A stretch of 64,000 nucleotides of DNA from Tubiluchus corallicola (GCA_030141605.1 JAQGDQ010000001.1:558001-622000), one strand, 5' to 3'. Shown: positions 15,601 to 29,851, numbered from the stretch's first letter. Made by a program: numbers and translations. The notes: generated by a model from the sequence alone, not told the origin.

Positions 15601-18600
15601 TCTTAAAGCTCGGCTTGACAAACCGATCTGTATGTGAAAAAGCAATTCAAATACTACAAAAATAAAACATGGTGACAAAAAATGCTAAAAAATCTATGAG
15701 AGGGAAGACAGATTTTCAAAGAATGACTTGATAAAGATGAAAAAAGTAAGAAGGTGAAAAGAGAAGATGTTTGTCAGTGGGCTGGGCTGGATCTGAGGAA
15801 GGGGCAAGAGTTGTATGGTTACCTGTTAAGTTTGTCCCTATATTAATTATCAAGTGCTGGGATATTATAAAAGATATTTATCATAAAAAATATAAATAAA
15901 TATATTTATAATATAATTTATAAGATATTTAATAGCTGTGAAATGTTTTCTTTTTGCAGCAATTTTTAAATTTTGAAAGAGCACTGTTGCATTTCATATC
16001 AGAATTTACCTCGTTAAATAGGACTGAACCAATGTATGTACGAAATCGTTTTTAAATACAATACAATACACGTGTATGTAATACAATTCTTCTAAACATA
16101 CATATTCCTTATGTTTTATAAATGCAATACTTACTTGACCATGAGCGAAGCCAGCCAATAATCTAGTGCAGTCAGTGTTCATCGCTAAAGCTGACACAGC
16201 TCCCTCATGTTCAGCTGTTGTAACGCTACCTAAACACCATTTTAGAGCTTGTTTGGGATCAAAAACCAGAACTAAGCCATGTGTTGTGCCTATAGCTATT
16301 AATGCCGACACAGTCTGAAAATAGAAAGATAATTTCTGTTAAAAGCAAACTATAATCAGCAAATGCAGTACAATATAATTGCAGTGACACTAATAATTAT
16401 TATACAATACTAATTTGTCTTCAAATACTGAAATTTCTTTTTTTCACAATTCTAGATGAGATATTTTATTTCAAGGTATCAATTGTAAGCACCAAAACTT
16501 TTCCAATACTAATGTCAATATAGTTAAACCACATTATAATGGACTAATTGGGGGAAGGTCCACTGTGATAACCGACAACCCATTATAACCGAAAGACACT
16601 CTCTCTTTCTTATACAAGCATGTTTTATTGAAAAAAAGACCCAGTGAATAGGAGCATCTAATTCAGTCATTCTGATGTTTACTGCTTTTTGCAATGATAA
16701 CTCGAATGAGACGTTCTGTCAGTACAAGATATTACAAAATTTATATCTGTTCTTTTCAATTGGAATGACAAAAAAATTCAGTTCAATTTTGGTAAAAAAA
16801 ATCAGCTCAACTTCAGTTCGGCAATCCAATTTAACTTGATATTTTATATAAAATTTGGTTCGATAGTATGGCCGATCATTGTAATAAGTTTCAGTTCGAT
16901 GCACCCAAAAAAATCAGTTAAGGTTTCATTGATGAAAATATGCATTCAGTGCATCTTTAATTAAGGCGGTGAAGGGGTTTTGTGTTCTAGTGTAGCCGTT
17001 GAAAATGTAAATTTGGTTTTATCCTATAGCTTATTTTTTGTACCAATGCACAGAGAATTCTAAGAATTAAGACAGTTAAAAGATTAATTCTGTAACTGCA
17101 GCTCTGTTTTTACATAAGATTTCAATGAGTCTTGCAAATGTGTCAAAATAGACAGTCCTTTTTCAAATCTCAGTGTAAATCTATATAAGTAGGTCTCACC
17201 ATTGCACTAGGTACGCCAGCGCCAACTCTGTCTCCAGCAGACACAAGCTGCAAACTGATCCCTCGCAATACAACATGGCGCAGTATTGAATCATGAACAG
17301 GTGAGGTGGAATTAGTCTGTCCTGGAGAACTTGTGCTATTTAAAAGTATAAACTATGTCTGACAAAAGCAATGTTTAAAATAATAACCTATAAATTTGAA
17401 ATGCACTATTGTGATAATTCTCAGACAAGTTAGCTGGACACGCTGCTCTCATTCACAAGATCCATGTTATTTCTTTGAAAGGTTATACTGTGACAACATT
17501 TTTTCAAATGTTTTAACAGAGATTTTCTAAAAAATGAATTTATGTGAAAACTGAAGTCCTATATATATAATGCCTAGCACAAAAACAAATCTACTGAAAA
17601 TAGTTAAAAATTGCCTTGTTTTACGAACTAAATGCTTCTTTATAAATGCCATGTTACTGAACCAAGGGAAACTAACCAGTGCCATAAATTAGGATATTCT
17701 AAGGATGTTAAAAACTGCTTAAAGTACAGCTTTGTACAGCATGCTACATACAAGAAAAAGTTAAAATTTGAACACGACAAACCACTAGTTTAGTAAATTC
17801 TGCTCAGGCATATGGCTGATTCCTTATAAACAGTGTAAAACCAAATCCTGTTTCTACTAACTGCAAAAGCCTATCCTTATCTTAAATGATATGCAAACTG
17901 TTATAAAAAGTTATTCACTTCTGCCGATTAGGAGTTGACTGATCATTTGCCGATGTGCTGCATCTGCCAGATAGACTATCGGACGTAAGCGATCCAGTTT
18001 CACCTTGATCCACAAATATAGGACCCTCATCTAAACCTGGTATATCATCTGGCTAAAGTACAAAGAATATTTCGATAATTCAGTAATATGTAAAATGCAA
18101 GTAAATGAAATATTACTTAGACAAAAAAAATCGTTAATGTAATATAAATCTGCAACTATATGGACTTTAATCGCAATGCAAATTAGTCAATTTATATTGC
18201 CAGATTAAACTTCATAAACCCAGAAATATTATTTGTTAACCTGGTTTACATCTGAAACAACCAATAATAATTATTTAAAAATGGCTAGCTCTCCTCTGGA
18301 ATGTATACAAGGAATTTAAAAAACTTAACACTTTTGTGATTTGCCATATGTGATATTGCCACTTCTCATTGCACTACAAAATAAATACAGTGAGACAAGT
18401 GATACAAAACAGTAATATTAATATTAACAGAATGTAATTATGAATGTTAACAAAAGCTATTATAAATAAGAATGCTACTGTATTATTTTGCACTAAGTGG
18501 ACATCATCAAATAGTTAAATAGTTAGTCTCAAGTTATAATACCATATTCTTACCTCATTAAGAATACTCTCTAATGTGGGCGTTGTGTCAACAATTGGTA

Positions 18601-19107
18601 GATTAAACTCCTTTTCATCCAACTTGAAAAAAGGGTAAAAAAAAGTAAAAACAACAACATGTCAAATTTATGGTATAAAATTTGAAAATGGTCATTGTTT
18701 GTCCTCACATTAAGGTTATGTATATATATATCACAGCTTCTGATATCTATTTATAATAAAAAAAGAATTATATTTTCTTTGAAGAATTGTCTAACATACT
18801 TTTTGTTTTTTCAGAATGAAATTATGTATGAGCAGCCTTAATGGTTATAGTTAAGGTTCAGCTCCAATATTTTTTTAATGTTAATTTAAGAAGACAAGCA
18901 AATAGTGTTAAAGAAAATATTATAATTGATATTTAGCCTTGCAATTTAGCATTAACACCTAACATATTTTCATCTCAAAATTACGGATTAACTGCAAGTC
19001 CTTACTTCAGTGACATATGTATCAAGAGAAAATATATTAAGAGGACGTTCAGGCTCCTCGTGTACATTCTGTATTTCATTAGACTCAGTAGATGTCTCCT
19101 CAGCCAT
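1332..19107 (-). CDS. VPS8: Vacuolar protein sorting 8 (CORVET subunit), 5' part; gene continues beyond the left edge
   Basis: 19 phase-compatible GT-AG exons: 19006-19107, 18554-18622, 17919-18052, 17200-17335, 16135-16314, 12198-12284, 11549-11667, 10165-10264, 9379-9435, 7704-7823, 7410-7490, 6169-6339, 5828-5938, 4363-4500, 3807-3946, 2880-3102, 1946-2130, 1671-1786, 1332-1507. Peptides LDEKEFNLPIVDTTPTLESILNE, IAIGTTHGLVLVFD, DSGGSVFEL, SSHFKSLATGGNVS, FLECLEPYIL, CCLAGRAYP and YPYLRTLLHY match animal VPS8. Confidence 0.96.
3265..3775. mobile_element. Non-autonomous interspersed element with internal (TA)n, possibly Helentron-derived (HINE/DINE-1-like)
   Basis: GC- and CpG-rich ~500 bp island in a VPS8 intron with (TA)n at about 3296-3342 near one end, an architecture typical of HINEs. 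Boundaries approximate. Confidence 0.45.
8590..8830 (+). repeat. Dispersed repeat, copy 1 (copy 2 at about 22830-23080)
   Basis: Shared colinear blocks aaattgcaagtgaat, aaatgcacaatgctt, gtttagtttagttt and ctatttgatta. Confidence 0.7.
12671..14638. mobile_element. Foldback DNA transposon derivative with ~730 bp inverted arms and a frameshifted transposase-like N-terminus
   Basis: Termini TAGGGTGT...ACACCCTA inserted in (TA)n. Arms 12671-13402 and 13912-14638 are reverse complements. The ORF remnants LPDNQLPTVGNVL and VAQDVFAIYAKSLIATIT resemble N-termini of hATm-like transposases; superfamily unresolved. Confidence 0.9.
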
Positions 19108-19214
19108 ATTGCAAAATCCAGATTTCTAAACAGTCATATGGCTATGATAGCAATGGAAACTGACAGGAAAGAGTACCTGTACAAAATCAAATTACAACAC
19201 GAATAGAGAAAGAG

Positions 19215-19940
19215 ATTGATTTACTTTATTTTGAACAATCAAGTTCACATCTTTACAAATGCACACAATGTTACACAAATATATACATAATTAAATATGT
19301 AAATAACTTGGTGTTAATACATAATTTGGTGTTAATACAAAGTTTAAATTAGTTAAAGCACAATTACTTTATAATTCACAGCATTACCACAAAAATAGAT
19401 TATGTACTTCATTTCCCATATAATAAAGTTTGCCAATAGTTTCTAATTTTAGAAATGAAACTGACATCAATTTTCAACATGGTCATACAATTCACATTGG
19501 AACTGCAGTTCATACGGGTTAGTAAGCTATGCACACATTTTCTATGTATTACATCAACATGCAGCACTTTAAATTTAGTTGTACAGACATAGATTTAGCG
19601 TCAAAATCACAGCCATAATTAAAGAACTTTCTCACCAATATATTACAGGCTGCTTTTAGCTTTTGCAGATTATAATCATAAAAAGTACTCCACATGGCCA
19701 TGCAGTAAAAATTGCTACAGAAGGAGGTAAATAATTGTTTCTTTGCATCATTGGTACAATAAAAAATTTTCTATTGTTAAATTTGCTTGCTGTGCAATAG
19801 AACAAAGACCTTTGTCCAGCAATTTCTAAGTCATCTCTAGTGTCCTCTGAAATGATATGGTGGAGATATTTTTTCACAGTGGGTATTAAAATGGTATTTA
19901 CACAGCCCAGTGTACTAATGATTTGATGCAACATTGCCTG
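19215..19940 (-). mobile_element. Degenerate 3' end of a non-LTR retrotransposon (L2/CR1-group-like)
   Basis: Frameshifted peptides VKKYLHHIISEDTRDDLEIAGQRSLFY, KKQLFTSFCSNFYCMAMW and SKIRNYWQTLLYGK are typical RT C-terminal sequence. They are followed by a 3' UTR with AATAAA near 19225. Confidence 0.75.
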
Positions 19941-20091
19941 AAATCAGATGATAACCAGTTTAATTTTTGACATTTATAATTATATAATTTTTTTAGCAAA
20001 ATCAAGATAGACTTCAGCCAACTGTTTAGCCAACAAAGATCATAGTAGCCCACAGACACACATCGTCAGCATACATTAGTTGATTTATAGA

Positions 20092-21080
20092 CAGTGCAGG
20101 ATAGCAATGCATTACTGCAATCAGACTACTTTTTATAGTAACAAGTACTGTAACGCAATTACTGTGTTGAGTCTTGTAATCAGATTACTCATTACTTGGC
20201 ACCAATTCTACTAATTAATCTATCTAAGAACAGCATATTAAACTCTGGCTGTTTTGATCGTTTCAACTGCGTTCCTTTTGTTTACCTCTGTCACACAATG
20301 CCAGTATGCACATTGCACATGGCAGTTTATTACTTTCTTCAAACAATAACTTTATTTGCCATCTACAGTGACTGCATGATAACAACTTCTACAGCTGTAG
20401 CTGAATGTTTTATGCACTGAGTGCTTGGTCACATGCACGGTATACATGCTGTATGTCAATGTAGCTCAGTAAAGGCCCAGGCCCAATCAGTAACTACAGT
20501 GCTTCTCTACGTATATTCAATATAGTCCCGGGTTCACTAAAATAACACTGCTAAATGCTATTGTATGTGTATAATTGTTTGCAATGGATACTAAGATTAG
20601 GCTTCATCGTCAGCTATACAAAACTGTTACGCGTAGTTCTGAAAAATGACAATATGTTCGTTATTTTAATTTTGTAAACTCAGAAAAACTAAAGAAAAAA
20701 ATTATAATAGTACAGTGCACTTCATGTGCAGGGAAAAACTGTTATTTATATCTAAAAACTCTAGGTTGCAGTGAATCTTGCTACAAAATTGTAGAGTGAA
20801 TTGACTTAACGACAGATTTAGGAATATCGCAGAAATAGTGCTCTAACTTCACTAAAACCAAATAAATGCACACTTTTACCAAAGTAGCAATCAGACCACC
20901 AAAACCGAGTCATTGATTAATCAATAAAAGATTACCCTTGTGAATCGTCTATCACCTGAATCGCCTTACCCTTGCTAGTAAAACTAAAAGTAATCAATAG
21001 TGAGTAATTTGATTACAATCTTTCCGAAGTAATTGGTAATCATGACAAATTACTTTTCAAAAGTAACGAACCCAATACTG
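20092..21080. mobile_element. hAT-like MITE relic
   Basis: Degenerate CAGTG.../...CCCAATACTG termini with repeated subterminal gtaatc/gattac motifs at both ends; no TSD recovered. Confidence 0.5.
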
Positions 21081-21134
21081 GTTATTTTTACGTATTCTTA
21101 CTTAGTGCAGCGATTTTAGTCATTTTACGGTTTA

Positions 21135-21520
21135 CTCATATCATCATCGTCGTCATCATATGCCCATTACGTCACATTGGACGGACAGACCTCTAAAATA
21201 AAAGAAATCTGCCCTTAAGACAGTTAAACACAGCAGTTAATCCAGCAAAACACTAGACTCAGCTATGCCAGTGGCTTGTTAGCACCACTTCCGATACGTT
21301 TACCAATCATCATCGTCCAATGAATCATACGTCGAGGGACATGATTTTGTTTACCTCCCTACTCGTAGCAATGCCCCAAGTGCATTTATTTCTAAGGATC
21401 AATGCTGAAGTGTCTAAATCTTTCTGTGCAAAATCTAAATATGTTAACATTTGTCCTCCTGTAGGTTTTTAGCTGGTTCTATGGCTCGTTGAAAAGCTAT
21501 CTTACCATGTTTACACAATA
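21135..21520 (-). mobile_element. 5'-truncated RTE-clade LINE 3' fragment
   Basis: Frameshifted GKIAFQRAIEPAK/KPTGGQMLTYLDFAQKDL is homologous to the fragment at 39553-39786 (LKLAFKEMLQKEKKPQGGQLLTYISFIQKDL). It ends in a (GAT)n-like tail at about 21138-21160. Confidence 0.65.
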
Positions 21521-22829
21521 CCCACACCATGCAGATGGCAATGGCAGAAATCCCCGCAGCCTTCAAGCTTCGATCAAATTATCGAAATCGACGACGACCA
21601 GGCTGGGTTGCACTGAAAACCTTGGTAGCAATTGTGGAGTGTGGAATAACAATTAACGACGAATAATAACAATTGTGCGAGACTACATTCACCATTTTTT
21701 AAAATGGTTAACTGAACTGCTTCGAAAGAAAAACGGGTTGAAATCTTGCAACTGAATCTGAGTTTGAACAAAAAACCTTTGGACTTTGCAAGTTAATTTG
21801 ATACGTGAATACACTAGATCCTTTTCACGAAAACCGGAGAGCAAACAGACATCAATAAAAAGTGTCTGTTCGCAACATCGCTTACAAGAATTTATTTTGC
21901 TAATGAATCACACTATATAGATCATTGTTGCCTCATCTTTGATTACAATTTTAACTGCAATACTTGTTGATATACGTTCTAACTTTCCTTAGTTCATCTA
22001 CATTTGAATTGCCTATGTCCTGCACTGATAGGCTCCATTTATAAAGACTTATTGCTTGACATTCAAAATGGTGCTCATTAGCGACATCTTCTCTATAACG
22101 TAATGAACACTTAAGGTCATCCTTATAAAAAATGAGTTTTTAAGATTAAAAATATTAAGTCTTACAGCAGTAATATCTATCATTTCAGTCAATCGATACT
22201 TTTCAACGTGTACTTGTCTTTGAAAACTAATCTTTTTTTAGAAATCTTAATTTTCTCATGCTGTCTTATATAATTTTAATTTCTTTTGCTATAAATGTAT
22301 TGATTTCATTATATATATATATATTTCTTCCATCTAGGTTTAGTTTGATGACCAAAGGCACTTGGTTCAAATCAAACTTACATATTCAATCCCGAATAAT
22401 TTTTTCGCATTTTTTAATTTTCATTTAGTTCGTTAAAAATTTAATAAAAAACTCATCCATCGCAATAATCATATAACTTAAATTATGTTAGTCCAAAATC
22501 AAAAATTAATAATTAAGGAACATACTCGACGTACCTCAAATTTTTTAATAGTTTTCAGCAGGAATTGAGAAGTATTTATAACATCAATTATACTCATCTT
22601 AATCCTTGTTTACAGGCTTGGATGCTAAATTAACCTCAAACAGAATGTCAATCATCATCAGTTAAGCTTTGCAGACTGCCCAATTAGCATGTTTTTTACA
22701 CATCTACGGGTGACTGCACAACCAATGTGCAGCTGTTCTTTTGGGATATTAGCCGCAGCTTTGTATTACCGCGTATATATTATAATTATTGTTATGAAAA
22801 ATTGGCCTGAAAAATGGCCAATTTTTCAT

Positions 22830-23080
22830 TAGTTCGTGGGAGAGACACCAGCCTGATTCTATATTTTATTAGCGATTGTCTGTATTACCGATTAAAATTG
22901 CAAGTGAATTAATGGAATTATATAGTCTAATTTCATCTTTTACAGGAAGAAAATGCACAATGCTTGAGTCTATGAATTGCTGACTTGCTATCAATAAAAT
23001 ATGAAGTTTAGTTTAGTTTACGACGCTGCAAGTTAGAAAAACGAAACGCAACTATTTGATTAACTTTAAAAAAGGAAAAA
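22830..23080 (+). repeat. Dispersed repeat, copy 2 (see 8590-8830)
   Basis: Colinear similarity with 8590-8830. Confidence 0.7.
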
Positions 23081-25215
23081 TTCACCTGACGAGATTAAGC
23101 AGATCACGATGCTGTTTTATAAAGATCGCAAGCGTCAAATGACCACCTGTAGGGGGTTGACGATGGAATTTAGAACTTTTGATTGAAGTCCGAGTTAGTA
23201 CGTACAAATGATTCAAAATTATCCTGCATGAGGTTTGAGCACTGCAGGTTGGCGCAGTTTGCAGTGCGCGTTCACAGTTAAGGGACAGTTAAGAAACCTC
23301 ATATTCAGGCAAAATGTTTTCTATCCTGGTCAGTCTTTCATAAACCTCAATAATATCTTAACGGGGGTTATGTTAATTTTAATGTGGTCAAAATTTATTA
23401 TTATATTATTACTGGCTTAATTTATTTATAACAACGACTCGAATTGCCATTCATGTCACTGCACTTTGTAGTTCTTTTGTCGCTACATTCTGCTGAAATT
23501 GTTAAAGCCCATTTTTGCCTACTCAATGTTTTAATTTCGTGTTAAAATAACTGCTAAACTGCAAGCTTTTGTGTATGAAAAGCACAGTCATTTTATCTGT
23601 TAATTAGACATTAATTGTTGTGTTGTTTGCTAAAGACTGTTATTGTTCGACTCACGCTAATGTCCCAATTCTCCGACAGTATGCTTACGTCACAGCGGAC
23701 GCGGAGCGATAGATCGATATGCTTTATGTTAATTGAAGTGAGGGGAAGGAATAGATCTGTAGCTATATCCTTTTTCTTGTGCCGTATTTAAAAGTAGAAA
23801 GATTTCAAAGTAGACCAGAAAAGCTTCAATTTGTAGCTATACATGTACATTCTTCTCACTTCTCTAATAATGCAACAAAGTTCCAGGTTTTTATTGGATT
23901 ATTGGCTCGCCCTCAGAATACCAAAATTATACCCTTAGTATTGCCTTTCGTTTTTCCAAAGTGAAATATATAGACAGTTTTGTATACTTTATTACTTCAA
24001 TGTCTTCACTTTCGAATTAATGGCCTGTGAAAATTCTAAGATTATGTTTATAACTGTATTGCTGATTCAGTTATTGCCCATGTGCAAATGCACGTTGTCC
24101 CCACTCCCCAGGGGTGTAAATGAAGGAAGCTCGCTCCCCTTGACAAAAATGATTACAGAGACGCACGCCCATACACACAAACAGACACACGTTAATGCAC
24201 ATCTAACATAACACCTAATACAATAATGAGACAAAATAGATAAATAAAAAAACTGCCCAAAAAGTCACTGAAAAAAAATCAGTTTAGCATTTGCAAAACA
24301 CAGAAAATTACAGAGAACCAACCTACGTTAAAAAGATAAATCAGTTTTCACTCAATGGTTCTTTTAAAACGTTTGCATGCATATTCTTGGCAAATGCAAA
24401 CTATTCAACTCAAGTTCGTGGTAGGCAATTCAATGTATGAAAAGCATCTCAAACAATGATCGCAGACACATGCACACCATGTGCACTGATCCATCATTGG
24501 ATTTTAATGAATTTAGCAAATTAGGTAGCTGGTCATTAGCTGGATACAATATGCATAATTATTACTTATTTTAGCATCTATGCAGTTATAAAAAATAAAA
24601 CCTTTATAAATGGTGCCTAGTTGGTCCTGGTCCAGTCTGTGCATCACAAGTTAAGTTAAAATCAATTTGCAAGTCATTTATCCCACAAATCCTTGTCAAG
24701 TCTCTAATCACTAAAAGTCTGACTGCACATCCAGGTTGAGTCCAAGTTAAAAGCAAATTGTGATTCTTCTCAAACTCAAATGCACACAGACAAAAGAGGA
24801 AATGAGTGCTCCAAGTTGAAATCTAACACTACAGTAGTGAAAAAGTGACAGGCAGAATTTGTTCCTTCAAAACCTAGTTCAACAATAAGTTGCTTCCGTC
24901 AGACAGCTGGGACTGCGAGCAACAATAAACAAAAAACAAAATAAATTCAACTTAAATAGTGACACTTACATAAGAAAATTTTCATTTAAGTTAAAATTTC
25001 AGATTACTTTGCAATGATATAATTTTTATGATCTAAAATTAACAGAAGTGAAAAGTATATGCATACTTTCACGAAAAGTACAACATATTTGACTGACCAG
25101 GAACTTAACTTGCTATCTTCAAATTAAATAGTTCACCATGCCTGGGCATGTTCAATTTGGACCTAAAACATTTTGAACCATAATGAGCATGTTCAACGCT
25201 GAAAATTTTTCAAAA

Positions 25216-28200
25216 TTATCTTCTTCGCCTTTTAGTCATCCGTGATGGCTGCTCAGTTTCCTCGTCTGACGATTCTTCGAATATCGAACGCTTTGGTTTG
25301 ACACTAGTGCTGGTGGATTGGGTAGACTGCCTTTGAGTTGTTGAGCAACCACCAAACGGGTCAAATAATTCATTATCTGAACTACTGTCTCTAGCTCTGT
25401 AAATTAAGAAAACCTATAACTAAGTATGTAACACAAGAGCATTTATCACACAAATAGCATCAGCAGTTCTCAGATTTAAAGATTAAGTTTAACAAAATAG
25501 CAAAAACAGTTACAGCAAAATTTTACTAGAATTTCTCAATGTGTCTTAGAAAAAAATGGGGAAACGTTTTGCTTATCCAGCTGAAAAAGAAAAAATATAA
25601 AAAATGTAATCTTTACAGCTGTCAAATACCACATTTTATGTTTGAAGACGAAATGGCACAGATGACAACATACATCAAATTAGTTACTATAATGGCCACA
25701 ACCAAAAACACTGTTGATCAGATTACATGCAGAAAAGATACCACCAGGTACAAAAACAATACTAAAAATGAAAAACAGTGGAGGATTATGGTTCATCTAA
25801 ACTAATAGTTTCAAATCAATGCAGTAAATGCAAAAGTCGTAGAATACTGATGGCAGCATTTAGGTGGCACAGCATGCAATAATAAAAAAAAGCTTTAGGT
25901 ACATACAGAACTCAAGAGGAGTCAGAAAGTCCCAGCAAGAGGACCAACACAATGGAATTCAGTGTTACTCAATACTAACCCCACTTTTTTTCTGTTCACA
26001 CCAAATAAAGGCAAATCTTTTTTTAAGCGAGTAGATGTTCTTGAGTTTTTCCGAACAGGCGCATCAGATGCATGTGAAATAACTGGTTGTTTAGCTGCTC
26101 TTCCACGACCTGAGCAACAAAATGAAAACAACAGATCTTATATGAAATAACAGAAATTGTAGAATGCTTTCTTTACTAATAAATGCAATTTAGAGTTCTC
26201 TAATAAAAAGAGCACAAACTACTTCTACATTGAGTCAACATTCATGTGTTGTGATTCTCCGAAATTACTGTCAAATTTCTATTCAATTACCATTGGAAAC
26301 CCAAACAGCACAATCTATTTTGTACTTTTACTAAAAAGTTAACTGAGCAATCTAATTTATATTTTTACATAAGTTAAAAAGGTAACATACTTTGTAGTTT
26401 TATACAAGATTAACTGAGCAATCTACTTTCTTTTAATAACCATTTTTTTGCCTTATTAGGATACAAGATATCGAGCACTTTTAATAAATATAAAGGTAAA
26501 AATATGTAATTTGCTAGCTGTACATAAACTCATACGTGTGAGAGGTGTGTATCCTGCAATCAATATCAGGCATTTAACTTCAAATCAGATGTTGAAATAT
26601 GAGTCTGCAGATACATTTTCATTTAAGTGTACTTGTTGTTCAAGTTCATATACTACTTCAGAAAACAAAATTTATGCATCAACTGCATGTTATTGGTTAC
26701 CTCTAGCCCTCCCTCCACCACGCCCTCTCTTTTGTGATGGTTTTTGAACAGGTTCACTTTCATCCCAGCTCAAGGCATCATCAAGTTCAGCAGTAGCAGA
26801 ATGAGATCTAGAAGCAAGTCGAGCTTGACTTAGTGCTTCACTAACCTAAACCACAAAAAACGTTTATTAGAAAAAGAACATATAAAATACACAAATTATA
26901 ATTCCTAATAAAAAAGAAACCAGAAAAGGAATAAAAACTTTTAATTTGATTTCTTTTCATTATAACGTAACACGGTGCAAATTTCACAGATTTACATACC
27001 AGTGTAACTTACACAGAAGTCAGAATTTAATTTTATAAACTTCAAATCTTATGCAGTTCAGCATTCTGCAAGTTTGGACTAAGTAAGCAACAGAACAGCC
27101 TAATTAATGTAATTGGTTTTAACAGTACCAAACCTAGTTCATTATAAAGGATAATCCATTAAATGAAACACTGAACTGGCAAGGGTGTGTTAAACATGTT
27201 TGGATATGTGCACAGCCTCCCTCTTCAAGAATAGTCAAGACACCATGACAGAGCAAACATACTAGAAGAATCTTCCCAGCAATTACCCAGCTATTTACTC
27301 TCCAGGCTCAGCACTACTTAATTTGCTGAGTATGCACCTTGACTACTCATATGACCACTCTACACATAAAACTAAAATTTAAAAATCAAAGCTAGTTCGG
27401 AAAAGTATTACAGTCAAACACCTCTTTACCTCATCTACTATGGGACTGCAAAAAAGTTGGTGTTAAACGAGTTCACTGTTACAATGCGACTGTTATGAGT
27501 TCACCGATGAGACTATATGAAAAAAAGTTCGCATTTTACTGAACAATTTAAAATAAAACAGGTTCATAGTAAATAAATCGGCTGAAATTGTTTAATAAGG
27601 ATGTGCAGAGCAGATGAACAGATAGAGATTAGTAATGCATTTTGAGAAGTTCATAGCACCATCCTTTTCATAAATGATGGACTAAACTAAAAAAAGCAAC
27701 TGGTTCTAAAACACATGAAAAAAGATTAAAGTAATTTCTCAATAGTGGACACGCATGTTACAGTTAAGACTATATTCATGGTTTCTAAACCAGCATCTTT
27801 AGATGAAAGACAAAAAAAAATTTTTTTTCTGTTCTTGCAAACTTAATGTTTATAATTTCTATTTTTACACAGGATAATAAATATGTAGTACTGATGGACA
27901 TCCAGTGCATATATTTTTGACTTCATGTTAGCTTACAAGTTTGAAAAACAAACAAACTTTCTTATGTTAAATCTATAATTAATATTAATAACAGTCCTTT
28001 CTCAGTCCTAATATTAATAACGGTCCTTCCTAACAACAACACACCATCTGTTCTGCAGAAACCTTTCACTTACTGCCAAATTACAAATGACAAATCATAA
28101 ATCACTACACCAGCAAAATTCTTCTACAATCTGAAAACTTTTATCAGCAACAATATATTTGCTACTGAGACATTTTAATTATGCACCATTTTTTGCCTGA

Positions 28201-29820
28201 AAACAAAGTTTTGCCATAAACTGATATTTTATCAAGACTTGTGTTCTTTAATATGCCTTCCCAAATAAAACTGATTTACAAATAATTTAGCTCGTTCAGA
28301 GACAGCATTGGCAATGCCAATGGTGCTTTCTTGCAAACTGATGGAAGTACTGCTACCAATACATCTATATTGGTAAAATAAGACTTCTTCACCCTTAATA
28401 GCTTTTCAGTCTATTATATTTTTTTACACCTAATAAATAAAAAGACCGATTTTGTTTTGATTAATGGTCAATTAGCTATAATCAATCATAAAAGTCTTAG
28501 GTAGAACTTGTCTTTATGTTTTAGGGCTTGAATGCAATTAGTACCGCTACAAAAAATTAAAGCTTGAAAAGCTAGTACACTTATTGCATTTCCTTCAAAT
28601 ATCTTCACGACTGTTTCATCTAATGTGTGCAAAATTAGTTAAAGACACTGGCGTCCATTTAATGCAAGTCAGTTTTTTGCTGTGGAAAAACCAGTAAAAA
28701 AACAATCACATTTTTGGCATTGATGACAGCCAAAGCTACAAAGACTATAACCTGACCTCAGCAGCAGCGTCATCTTCAGTTTGATTTGTACCATGTGTCT
28801 TTCTATCCTTGCGAAATTTTTCTACTGCACTGGCAATTGTTTCCTTTTCTATTATTTGAGACACATTCTGTTTGAGGTAGTCCTGAGTTTTCTGAATTTG
28901 GTATTTAACTAATTCAGAAATAGCATCTCTTTCATCCTTTTCCACAAATTCCTAAAAAAACACAATGCAAAATTTTGGTTTTAGTAAATTTCAGGAACCA
29001 CTTTTAGGTTGTCTATGGATATTCTAGGCTAACAAAACAATATGTAAAAAATATAGAGTCGTGGGGATTTGTCATATGGGTGGAGTATCGGAAGAATATC
29101 AAGCACTCCGACAGCAGTTGGGAAGTGTGCCGGGGAATGAAATTTTTATCAACATCAAATTCAGATTTACACTTTCAATACTAAGCTAAATGTGCACATT
29201 AGGCTTGTATAAGGTTCAGCTCTGTAAAATAAACTATTTCACTTCTAATAAGTAATGGAGTTGCTAGTTCTATTTACAGGTACTTGTAGCTTTGTGCACA
29301 CTGGAGGAATTTTGGGCTTAAAAAACTGAAATGCCTCAACGGTAAATATATATAACAGCTTAGGAACATACGTGGCTGCCAAACAGCAGATTTGTGTGTC
29401 TTGCATACAAAGCCCAACTCCTTAGTTAAGGTTTTAGGATTTCCAATCCAGAGGAACTTTGTAATCCTGCCTATTTTGGGATTGTATTTTTTAATCCGGC
29501 CAAGCTCCTAAGGTTTTCGAGATTCAAATAAATTGTTTTTTTTCAAGAAACAAAATAAGATTCAGTTTATACTCACGGCTGTTTAAATGTACTTTATTAA
29601 AAAACTGTTCATAATCAAATGCAGAGTGAACTAACCTCATTCTTATTAGTAAATATCATTATCAATAAGAATTTTCGTTCTGTTTTTTAAGAGTAACTTG
29701 TTTTCACTCTGCCACTCACTGTGTAATTCTGTTTTCACATGAATTAATAGTCTGGCAAAATGGCATACAGCATTTTTCCACACATAACAGATGTTGCTGT
29801 GAAGTTGGTGATTATTTAAT

Positions 29821-29851
<31 letters not shown>

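Noticed and set aside
19656-19934. 92-aa ORF as a separate gene upstream of VPS8
   Set aside because: It is a frameshifted LINE RT remnant.
23765-23773. ATATCCTTT, a U12-type 5' splice site consensus
   Set aside because: No associated exon or matching branch site and AC acceptor; all reconstructed introns are GT-AG.
24112-24212. Resemblance to U6atac snRNA (CTCCCCTTGACAA, gttaatgca, catctaac)
   Set aside because: It lacks an intact AAGGAGA box and a terminal T-run, a 13-mer match is plausible by chance, and the flank looks SINE-like. An Infernal search with the U6atac model would settle it.
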